Assembly: GCA_028534125.1 (NCBI GenBank)
Contig: CM052816.1
Span: 64,110,001 to 64,174,000, forward strand
Source of the DNA: Lama glama
Lineage: Eukaryota
DNA length: 64,000 nucleotides
Reading direction: 5' to 3'
Position 1 is the first letter of the stretch, and each line of letters opens with the position of its first letter. This document shows, piece by piece, positions 24,043-34,870 of this stretch. A program made the position numbers and the translations under genes. The notes under the pieces were generated by a model. It had not been told where the DNA came from and did no database searches. It saw only the letters and a program-made list of their open reading frames with translations.

Positions 24043-26134
24043 TCTATATTGATTCTTAATCCCTTTCCTAGCTGGAGTGCTCTGGTCAAGGCAATCAACT
24101 CAGCCTTTTGGGTAGAGCTCCAGACTCAGCGGTCGTCTGCAGGCTGACTGTGGGCATAGCTGGCCTTTCTTACCCCTTCATGTGTGAAACTGCTTCCATT
24201 ATAAACCACTGTACATCAGGATTGGTCAGGGCTCATCCTTGAGGTCTGGCCTACCAGAGTAAACTTGTTCAGTAATCTCCACACTGGAGTGAACAAGGGA
24301 CTCTTGGGGACAGGGGTCCAGCATTAGAGTAGCTGGGTTTAGGACTTGGCAAACCTTAAGAGTTATGCCTGGGATGTCAAATAGGAAGGCCCAATATTTA
24401 AGCAATTGTCCAGCTGTCAGCCATTGGTGCCCTTTTCCTTCTAGGACTCCTTGTACCTGGGGAGGAGTTAGGACTTCCAGTGATTGTCCCAGGGTGAACT
24501 TACTGTCCTCTTCTACTAGTAGGGCAGAGCAGTGGTGGCCACTGCCCTAAGATATCCTAGCCATCCAGTGGCCACCTGATCAAGTTGTTTTGACGAATAA
24601 GCTATTGGTCTAGGGAGGTCCCTGAGTTTTTGGGTGAGGACACCCAGGGCTACCCATTGTGTCTCAGCTATATAGAGGGTAAAGGGTCTTTCTAAGTTCA
24701 TGAGACCTACCACAGGGGCAGTCCCTAATTTTTGTTTTAGAGTTCAGAACACCTGTTGGCAATTTTCATCCCAATTGCAGGGTTCACAGTCACCTCCTTT
24801 TAGGGACTTACTGAGCGGCTTTGCTATGAGCCCAAATCCATGGATCCAGATCCTACAAAATCCTGCCATCCCTAGAAAGGGATGCCTCAGTTGCCTCTTA
24901 GTCTGGAGAGGAGGGGGTTTGAAGGGTTACAGTTGGCTTCCTTTCAGTCTTGGGCTAGCATCCCCAGGGTGAGCACATATCCTAGGTACTTAACCCATTG
25001 GATGGAAATCTGGGCATTGTGAGGAGAGACTCAATTTCCATAGGAAGTTGAGAACCTTAATATTGTTTTTATCTGAATCCTCCCTGGTGGGACTGGAAAT
25101 TAGGAGATTGTCGATATACTGGAGGATAAATTCATTAACCAACTGTAATTCTCTTACATCCTTTGCAAATATGTTTCCAAACAGGAGGGGCTGTCCCTGA
25201 AGCCTTGGGGCAGCACAGTCCAGGTTAGCTGGGAAGTGTTATGAGTGCCTGGATCTGTCTACTCAAAGACAAAGAGACACTGAGAACCTGGGTGCAGGAG
25301 GGGAAGCAAAAGAAGGTATCCTGTAGGTCTAGTCCTGTAAACCAGTTTGCATTTTCCAGAACTTGGGTCAGTCCAGTGTATGGATTAGGGACTATTGGGT
25401 AAACTGGAACTACTGCCTCATTAATTGCCCTCAGGTTTTGAACAAACCTGTATTCTCCACTTTTCTTTTTTATGGGGAGAATGGGGGTATTACATGGAGA
25501 TTGGCAGGGTCATCACAGCCCATACTTTAAGAACTTGGTTATTAAAGTCTGGATACCGTGTTAGGCCTCAAGGGATACTGTTTTTCCCACAGGTAATCAG
25601 CATTGGATTTCAGTGAAATCTGAACTGGGGGCACATTAATAGCTCTCCCAGGAACTTCAGTGTCCCAAACAGAGGGATTTACTTGAGAAACAATGTGGTT
25701 TGGAAGGGAGACCTCCCCTGATTTGTGACTGAGGCAGGCTCCCATGGCCAACAGCAATTGTTTCTTCTGGTAGGTGCCTTCTCTGAGGGGGTCTGTGAAT
25801 TGAGTTATTGTCCGGAGTTGTCCCATCCCAACAAGGGGACATGGCACTCAGGTATGAACAAGATCTGGTATGCATAGGTAAACTTTCCTAGTGAGCACCT
25901 GGGGGCAAGGGTGTGTGAATGGTTTGGATTTGAGCTGTCCATCAATCCCTGTTATTATACAGCATTGGGAGGACAACAGTCCAGGGAAATCATTCAGCAC
26001 AGAGTAGGTGGCCCCCATACCTAGTAAATAAATAAATAAATAACTTTCCTACCTGCCATGTCAAAGGTTACCTGTGATTCCTCCAGGGAAATGAACAAGT
26101 GTCCTTTGGGAGCCAGGGAAGTTCCCGGGCACTG
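24043..26134 (-). pseudogene. pol: ERV-B pro and pol 5' part (RT, tether, RNase H N-terminus)
   Basis: LLGMGATYSVL (mutated DTGA), WFTGLDLQDTFF, WTVLPQG, QYIDN at 25107-25121, VLTQKLRDLPRPIAY, LNPATL, KAELIALTRALQLGKG. Confidence 0.9.
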
Positions 26135-27788
26135 TCAATCTCCAGTCCTCTTGGTCATCATCAGCTTGGGAATACCCCCATCCCCTTCAGGACTGGGGAC
26201 AGCCCCACTTCCAGTGGCCCTCTTGTTTGTGTATCAGGCAAGGTCCCGGTGGGCTTTTCCCATATTGGAGGCATCTGTCCTTCCAGTGGCCCTCCTTGCT
26301 GCATTTAAAACAGGTTCCTTCTTGGCAGGACGGTGGCTCTGATCCAGATATTCCAGATCTTGCCCCTGCCATGGGCTTTTGCAAGGGAAGGTAGCCCTGA
26401 GGTTGTATAGGGGCTAGGGACTGCTGCCAGTAATTGTACCTTTTGTTGTGGTCCCTGAATCCTTTTTGCCTTCTCAGCCCCATCTCTGTTGTTAAATACT
26501 CCGAAAGCCAAATCCGTGAGCTGATTCTTGGGGGTTTGGGGTCCCATAGCTGTCTTCTGTAATTTTCTCCTAATGTTTGGGGTAGATTGAATGATAAAAT
26601 GGGGCTTGTCCTTCAGGGGTGTTGGGATTAATATTGATAGACTTCTAAAGGCTTCCACCGGGCAGCCCTGGAAGAGAGCCTGATACTCATCTTTTCCCTG
26701 TGTCACTTCTCTGACTTTGTCATCATTAACAGGCTTGACAACACACCTTTCCATGGCCTCAAGGAATACTATTTTTCCCACAGGCTTAACAACACCCTTC
26801 CATGAGGCAAATTATCATGTGGTTCCTATGCTCAAACCTTCTGCCTCCCTACTGGTAGTCCCAGTGGGGTTCTTGGTCAAGGATTGCACCCCGTTCTATG
26901 AGTTAGATTATATGTCCTTGATTTCATGCTGTCAGTTTGTCATGTGCTGAGGCTGCACCCAGGATCTGGCTTTTCTCTTCGAAGGTACAGAAGGTAGAAA
27001 GGAGGACCTGTAGGTGCCCCCCCCCCAACCCACCCAAGTAAGTCCAAAGGACATTGTCAGCTTGGTGAATTCCTTAATGAACGAACTGGAGTTCTCAGAA
27101 AAACATCCAAATTTCTCTTTGCAAGTAGCTAGGTCAGCCATAGGAACTGGGACGTGGACTTTGATTGTTCCTTCATCACCAGCCTGCAGTTCCCTTAAAG
27201 GACAGAGTTTGGTATTGGGAGGCTGGTAGGTAGCTCCTTGTCATGTAGTACTGGCAGGATTCACCTCTGATAAAGGATTCAGGATAGGGCTGAAGGGATA
27301 AGATAGTGGGACTTCCAGCAGCCCAGGTGGAGTGCTAGGGGTAGACAGTCCAGAAGGCTGTCCTCCTTCAGAATGTGGGGAGGGTAGGAGTTCCCAGGTG
27401 TGGACCTCAAGGAGGTAGACTCGTAAGGGGATCATCTAAAACTTCAGGCTCCTGTAGGGGAGGAAGGCACTTTGAAGGGCTGTGATCCAGGCATACCCGG
27501 CAAGAATTTTTCAGATCTAGATCTTTGAACAGGGTCGTGAACATTTGGACAAACGGGGCTTCCCCTCGTTTACCTTCCCTTTTACAGCACAGGTGCACCT
27601 GCAGGATGGCATTATATTTCAGTGACCCATTTTCTGGCCAAATCGCTTGGTTCTCAAGTTTGTCTGGGGCCATGCAGTATTGCAAAAGAAAATTAATTTC
27701 TTTTTTCTTAAGCCTGTCGAAATGTATCCCAATTAGCTAATATTCATCCTGACAGGGAGTCCTTTGGGGTACTTGTAATCACCCCCAT
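26135..27788 (-). pseudogene. gag: ERV-B gag remnant (HERV-W/ERV9-like)
   Basis: ATG at 27788; LIFFCNTAWP, WPENGSLKYNAILQVHLCCKREGK, VREVTQGKDE, PNIRRKLQK; knuckles CFKCSKEGHWKDRC and CLIHKQEGHWKWGC; TGA at 26135-26137. Confidence 0.9.
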
Positions 27789-29431
27789 TTTTGGTTAGGA
27801 TATGGTGAGACGGAGTCTGCAGATCCTGGCACTCTCTCAATGTCCATGATACCCCAAAGATGTAAGAAGGGAGTACGCAGCTAGGAACATCAGTGGATGG
27901 ACCCCCTCAACAGAGTGTTGCAGAATTAAGTTCTGATGGCAGTTAAAGAGATAGTATAATTGACCTGGTTCATATAGTTGGCCTGGTTCGTGATGACCCC
28001 TGTCTCGGGGTAGGGAACTTGGCAAAAGAGGTGTTTAATTAAACGTTGATCATCCACTGTGGTTCGGGTGCCGCTGAGGAAACACAGCTCTTACCCAGAT
28101 TTGGGTGATGTGGCGATCAGCGTGTTAAGCTGGGAGAGCTGGGTTTGTGGTCTTCGGCTTTAAGAAGGGGTTTGTTTGGCAGAAGCAGCAGTGAGATCCT
28201 TGTGAGCACCCGAAGTCTGCCTGTTCCGTGAGCCTGAGGAGGAGACCCCCTGGGTTAGCTAAGGAGGGGAAAGAGCCAGTGGGGAAAAAACGGCCAGTGC
28301 CAAGCCCTAAACCCTTCAGAGAGGGAGGGAGGAGACCTAGGCCCTGAATCTGCTAAGAGAATCATCTTTATCATCCTGCAAAAGAAGAAAAGCAGACAGA
28401 GCTGAAGGATAGGGCTGGGGTGCCGTAAGATGTGAAGATAGTAGTACAAGGGGAGAGTTCTCTTCAGGATGTAACCTTATGATGTTTAGCATATCAGTGT
28501 CAGATCAAATATCCAATGGGGCGAAAATCAGCTGGGGACTCGGGGTAATAGTAGGTCTTGACCTGAGGGGAGGCTAACGAGGGATACCTCTGTATAGGAT
28601 GAAACAGAGGCAGCATCGATCAGCTAACAAAGTCAGCCAGGGGGCTCAAGGGCCAGTAGGCAGTCTAAGGAGTTAAGAGGGGTTGAAAGGAGGAAGAGGA
28701 GGGGAAAATCCAAGGTGATGGATCTTGTGAATCAGAACTAGGCTAGGAAATAAAAGTCTGCCACCCCTGCAAAGGACATGTGCACCCACAACTTCTGCTC
28801 AGGGGTGCAGTGAGGCCATGAGCTCCAGGAAGCACTCAGGGAGGCCTGGGCCACAAATCTAGTGGAGGACTCCTGTAGTCCCTCTGTTTGGGTCCCCTGA
28901 TGCAGTTCCAGATTCCAGAATTGGAGTGAAACTGGGAACAAGTAGGGAGGGAGAATCGGGGTTCAAGGGCCATGAAGGGGAAACTTGGTTGATCAACTCA
29001 CCAATTATTTGCTGTGGTTTTAATTTGTAAGTCCAGGTGGTTCTCTCATAGATCGTCTTGGGTCCAAAGAGTCAGAGATATAAACCAGAAGGTGGTAAAG
29101 GAGGAGAGAGAGTCAGCAGAAAAAGGCTTTGGGTGTGGTGGGCTCCTTTGCGGCCAGAGAGGTGTCTCTGTCAGATCCCATGGGCAGCCTTAGCCACCAC
29201 CTAAGGGGCTAATTGGATCTTTTCAGCTCAGGACAAGTCCCAGCTGCGCTCTGTGGAGGGGAGCTGTAGCCTGATAGGCAGATGGAGATTATGCCCCTTG
29301 ACATCCCTTCACCACAAAAGATGTTGCAGGAGAGGAAAATATCACGTCCTGGGACCTGCGGGAGTCCTTAGGATGGACCACCAAGTGAGGGTCCTTGGCT
29401 TTGCGTAGGAAGAATTCAAGAGAGAGCCAAA

Positions 29432-29444
29432 GAAAAGTGAAAGC
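29432..29444 (+). promoter_or_regulatory. IRF-E-like motif
   Basis: GAAAAGTGAAAGC fits G(A)AAASYGAAASY; motif match only. Confidence 0.45.
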
Positions 29445-29582
29445 CAGTTTATTTAGAGGCACACAGACTCCAGCAGCAGAATGCAGAACAACTCAGAAAG
29501 TGAGAGCGGCCCAGGGCATAGGGTTGTTGGTTTTTATGAACTGATTTCATATGCTAGTGAGTAGGCGGAATATTTTTGCTAT

Positions 29583-29611
29583 TTCAGAGAAGGGTGGGGA
29601 TTTCCCAGGAA
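29583..29611. promoter_or_regulatory. Tandem STAT motifs in the 5' LTR
   Basis: ttcagagaa at 29583-29591 and ttcccaggaa at 29602-29611. Confidence 0.45.
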
Positions 29612-29841
29612 TTGGGCCACTTGCTCACTTTTGGCTTTTTATGGTCCGCCTCGGAATTGTCATGGCGTAAGGGGGAGTGATTTTTAGTATTACAATGAAG
29701 GTAAAATGAGCTAAAGGTCAATGACTGGACTCCTCAAAGCCTCCTTGGTTTCAGCTGGTTCCAGCCAGTCTTTACCGCATCCTAACAGCTGCACCCCTTC
29801 TTCATCTATGGTTGTGTCCTGCCCCGTTCCCTCCTGTCTCA

Positions 29842-30139
29842 GAGGTACTAAGAAGCTTTGGACCCACGACACACTGAGGCAGCCCAGCGACAAAACCTTT
29901 TCCCACTCTTGTCTACTTCACTTTAACCTTGTTGCTGGAAGAGCCCTCAGACTCCAGCTCCATTTTGCAGCTGAGGCCATTAAGGCCAGAGGGGCTTTGT
30001 GACTTGCCAGTGTCCCCCAGCTGTTTAGTGGTTCAGCCAAAACTAACCCAAACGTTCCATCCCTGAACATAAGAGAACAAAGGCAGAGCCCAGCCTTCCA
30101 TCCCCAGATTTCATATTCCCCAAACTGCGGTGCTGTCTT
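29842..30139 (+). repeat. Direct repeat copy 2 flanking ERV-B
   Basis: Begins at the first base after the LTR; aligns to 15092-15397. Confidence 0.92.
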
Positions 30140-31224
30140 GAACAGTTCTCTAGTCAGGGTGATTTGGGCTAGAATGATTGGAAGCATTTCAGCCCCATTC
30201 TCCCTTCTGTCACAGTGAGGTCATAACTGACACTGCCAGGCTCTCAGGGAGACTGACATCTATCCAGGAAGCAAAGACAAGCTCAGGATGAGGCCTGGGA
30301 GTTCCACCGGGAAGTGAGCACAGCCGGCCTGCCAGCCTTCAGACTGGACGAGAAAGCTGACATTGTGGGTATTACAGCCTCCCTGGGTGTTTGCTGGTCT
30401 AACCAGTTGTTAAACAGGACTCTTCCTGTCTGTGAGTGTTGCCTAAGGCCCCCAAACAGAGAACAATAGATACTCAAACCCCACCCTATCGAATGAGGTG
30501 TTGGGTCATCTAGAAAATAGACTTCTCTTATCCGTAGCCTAGAGGTGGTGATGGGTGAATGCCAGAGAGCTGGTTTGGAGTTCAGGAAGTTGAAAAGGCT
30601 GGTAGGAAGGATTTCTTTAGAGCCAGTGGTCAGACTTCAGAGGCTGTCTTGGGGGGGTGTTGTGGTGAGGCAAGTGAGGAGGTAAGCAAGGGAGTCCTTG
30701 AGGAAATCTTTCTAGAGGGGAGTTTGATTCATGTCTCCTGGAATTAGGGGGGATGTGGAGAATGATTCCCAGCTGGGCTGGAGGCACAGCTTCAGTGAGG
30801 TGAGGTGAGGTGGTACCTGCCTCCAGATGGGCCCTCGGAATGGTGCCAGCCTGAGAAGGTAGGAAGGGAGGAGGGGATGCCGACAGAGGAATGGGCTTCT
30901 AGAAGCCAGGAGGCGGAAGGAAGCATTTTAGAGAAGGCATTGCCTACGGTGAGTCACTACACACAGGAGATCCCAAAGAACCCACAAAATCATCCCACGT
31001 TTGTGATAACCCCACATCGCCCTGACTCCAGATTATAACCTCATCATCTGGATTGTGTGCACTTTTTCTCAGAGGCCCCCTTTTCCCTAGGCTAGACCCT
31101 GAAAGGGCCAAAAGAACAGCAACAGGGTGAGTAAGAGAGGAGGCAGAACAAGAAAGAGAGACCTTCCCCACTGCGGGCTTCCAAGACCAATCCAGGCCAG
31201 GAGGGCGCGGGTGTGTGGGCAAGC

Positions 31225-31261
<37 letters not shown>
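31225..31261 (+). repeat. (GT)n microsatellite
   Basis: Direct dinucleotide run. Confidence 0.95.
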
Positions 31262-31262
<1 letters not shown>

Positions 31263-32139
31263 AGTTGTAGGGGGAAGGCAGGGGAAGTTTTGGAATGAGT
31301 GAGTGAGTAGAGCTTTGATTTAGATGTACAGATTTTTAATGTTTGTGGATAGTTAAACTATTTTGGATGGTGAGATCGAGCTTGAATGGGAAAGTGATGT
31401 CATGATCCAGAGTCATGGAAGAAGGGGCCAAGGTAGAGCACAGATTACACTTCATCAAGTCCTGCTCAGTCCATAAACAAAGTACATTTACTCATAGAAA
31501 CACAGGGCTGCTCCTGCTGGGCTGGTCGTGCCCAGGCCAGGCTCTGGAGCAGAGGAAGGGCCAGGCCAGCACTGGAAGGACCAGGCCCCTGTCCAGAAAC
31601 CATGTCACTGGGCCATTTGATGATAAGGATCAGAGCTTGGGCTGGGCTCTCCAGAAGGGTAATCCCAGGGGCCTCAGAGCCAAGCTGAAGGCCCCCGGGC
31701 CCCATGACTGCAGCCCAGCAAAGGGGACTCACCCAGGCTTCCCTCCTGGCCAGGATGTTTGCCTTTCCTCCCTTCCCACATGGAGATCTGAGTGGAAATG
31801 GCCTTCTTCCCCCTTGTGCTCATGAGGATTTGTTGGCAGTGAGCCTTTCCAGCGTGCATTTCCTTCCCAGGGAAACTGATGCCTTCACAGACGAATTCCT
31901 TGCCTTGACACCAGAGTAGCTGCTGCGTCTCTCTCCTCCTGGAGGCCCCATATGTTCTGGGTCCTGTGAGAACAATGCCTGGGGCCACTTTTGTCTCAAC
32001 AAAGCAGGAACTGGCCTGCTGAGTGCTCAGCAAATGGCCTAGGCATGGGTGGAAGTCCCTCTGTCCCTGCAGGGCCGTGGCTGTACCATCCCATCCCAGG
32101 CAGGGCTTGGATTGGGAAAGTCAGGGGTGTGGAGAGGAG

Positions 32140-32385
32140 CCACCAGGGCTAGTGGTTAGATATCTCCAGGCCTTCAACAGTGGCCTGTGAAAGTCAAAAA
32201 TAAGTCTTGTTTTGACGAGCAGTGTGACCGTGGGAAAGTAACTTCACATTTCTGAATCTCAATTCCTTCATCTACGGAGTAAGAAGAGTAATGTGAAACT
32301 CAGGGAGTTGTTGGCAGGATTAAGTAAGAAAAAGTATGGAAATTACTGAGGGCAGTTGAGGCACATGCAGTAAATGCTGCTCAGC
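32140..32385 (+). mobile_element. MIR SINE
   Basis: Core tgtgaccgtgggaaagtaacttcacatttctgaatctcaattccttcatct. Confidence 0.7.
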
Positions 32386-34234
32386 TTAAAAAAAAGAAAA
32401 GAAAAAAATCCAGATGCCTGGGGCAGCCCTCCTTGGCCACGCCACTTTATGCCAACATGCCTCTCAGCTCATCATCCCATTGGCAATCCTCCAGAGGCCA
32501 TGGGTGGAGTTGGAAAGACAGCCTGCAGCCAGCGTAGGGTTTTGTCAGGGCAGGGCGTTGGCTGCCCGTCACCAGCAGACCAAGGACTGGGATTTACCCT
32601 TCCAGCTTTACAATCAGTCTTCTCTGGTATCCTCAGTGATCTCCCTCAGTAATGGTGACTTAATCCAAGCATAGTCACATGTAGCACATGGATAAATCAG
32701 GCTGCCAGTGTTGACATCAAAGCAAGAGGGTGGAAGAGGAGGAGGCAGCCCCTGCCCAATGGCCGGAGCACTCAGCACCCTGTCCCGATGCTCACATCCC
32801 AGTTCTGAGACACTCTCTCCTCTGTTCAGGGGAACCACATAGCCTGCAGGGCATCCCTTTTTCTGAGTTCCCTTGCAGATCAGTTTCCCCTTGTGCCTCC
32901 ATCGAATGTGTTAATACACTGATTACGCCACTAGGAAGTGGATGCTTCTACAGGCCTGGGGAAGCCAGCATCCTCTCATCACGTGCTGATTTAATTAGTG
33001 CAGCTTTCACAGCCTCCGACTGGCTAATGGTGAGGAATACTGGACATGGTCCCAGGCTCCTGAGGCCTCTGATCCTCCCAGCTATCAGCCCCTTAGAAAG
33101 CCTCTGTGCAGAGATGATCTCTAGGCCCCTAGAAGGACAGTTCTGGCCTCTGAACCAGACATAGTAATAGCGCCATATCAGTGTCTGAAGAAATACAACT
33201 GGAGCTTTTTCCAAGCCATTATTTACATGCCATAACCAAGGGAGGACCAGAGGGCCAACTCAGAGCAAGAGTCTGGGGACCAGGGAGCAGTTGCCCTAAA
33301 AGAATTTAAGGGGATAAAGAGGAGAGTTCAGATTGAGGCTTCTCAGATTGAGAGAGGTTCAAACTTGGTGCTAGGTTACCTGGCTGAACTCCACTGCTGG
33401 TAATGAAGTGTGCATCTTGCCAAATTTCAACACTAGTCTAAATCTGTGGCATGAATCATTTTCATGTCTTCATTGTTAAATCTTGGGTGCATGGGTAGGA
33501 ATTCCAGCCACCAGACCTGGCTCCTCCGGGCCTCCCCAGGTGGGTAACAGGCTTGGGCACTGGGCCAGGGATGCAGCACCTGCTCAGGTCACTGCTCTGG
33601 TGGGTGTGGGTCTCCAGGCCCAATGGTGACAGAAGGGAGTGTAGAGATGCCTGGGATTCCTGGGCAGTTGAGGGCTCTAGAAGTGTCTCCTAAAACCATT
33701 CCCAACAAATAAAACTAACAAGAAGCTCATTGTTACCCAAAACCCCACTCAGGCTGTACAAACTGGGGCTGAGACAGAGTCTCAGTGGCAGAGAAAGACC
33801 AAAGAAGCCCAGCACCTATGTTATATTAGAGGAGAGCGCTGGCCAGCGTGCCACCTCAGGTCCTGACAGCCTGGGTCCAGTCTGAGTGGACCCCACAGTC
33901 AACTTCTCAGGAGGTGATGAAGTGTTTCCATTTTCTTGATACGAAAGGAGCTCTCATTAAATCATCTTCAGCCAGAGAAACAGTGAAGTCTGAGAACACC
34001 TTGAACACACAAAGCCCCTCGTGGCTGTGGCACACCAGCTGGGCCTTTTGCTTGGGAGTCGAATGCCTCCATTTACTGACAGCTTCTCTACGCCATCGCC
34101 TGAGAGAGTCCCTCTTTACACATGATGTTCTTCACGCCTCACAAGAACTAGTTGGGGTAGATATTATTAGCTCTATTTATGGATGAAGAAACAGATGATC
34201 AAAATGACTTAAAAACAAAAACCCATGGCTAGAA

Positions 34235-34870
34235 TCTTCATACATTACTAATAGGAATGTCAAATGTTGCAGCCACTTTGAAAATGTCTGACGGCTCCTC
34301 AAAATGTCAGACATAGAGTTACCATGTGACCCAGCAGTTCTGCTCCTAGGTATATACCCAAGAGGATTGAGAACACATATCTACACAAATACTTGTACAT
34401 GAATGTTCATAGCAGTTTTATTCATTAAAAGCCCAAAGTGGAAACAGTCCAAATGTCCATCAGCTGAAGAATGTATAAACCATATGTGGTATAGCCATGC
34501 AATGGAATATTATTCAGCAATAAAAAGGAATGAAATTGGCACCTACAACAAGGATGAACCTTGAAAACACAATGCTAAATGAAAGAAGCCAGACACGAAA
34601 GACCACATTTGATTCTATTTGCCTAAAATGTCTAGAATAGGCAAATCTATAGAGATGGAAAGTAAATTAGTGGTTACCTAGGACAGAGGGTGGGGAGAAT
34701 TGGGTGTGATTATTAATGGGTGTGGGGTTTGTTTTTGGAGTGATTTATAATACTCTTAAGATTATAATGATAGTTTACAACACTACAAAATACACTAAAA
34801 CCATTGAATTGTACACTTTAAATGGAGGAATTTTATGGCATGTAAATTACATCACAGTAAAACTGTTTTT
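34235..34870 (+). mobile_element. Ancient L1M 3' fragment
   Basis: gttaccatgtgacccagcagttctgctcctaggtatataccc; gaaagaagccagacac; ccattgaattgtacactttaaatgg. Confidence 0.8.

Larger units (their letters stand above)
15398..29841 (-). mobile_element. ERV-B: defective class I provirus with gag-pro-pol-env remnants
   Basis: Paired LTRs, PPT and all retroviral gene remnants in the correct order on the minus strand; interrupted by an L1. Confidence 0.95.
29322..29841 (-). mobile_element. ERV-B 5' LTR (MER41-like)
   Basis: Homologous to 15398-15911; followed on the minus strand by a degenerate PBS (tgtggtgaagggat). Confidence 0.9.
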
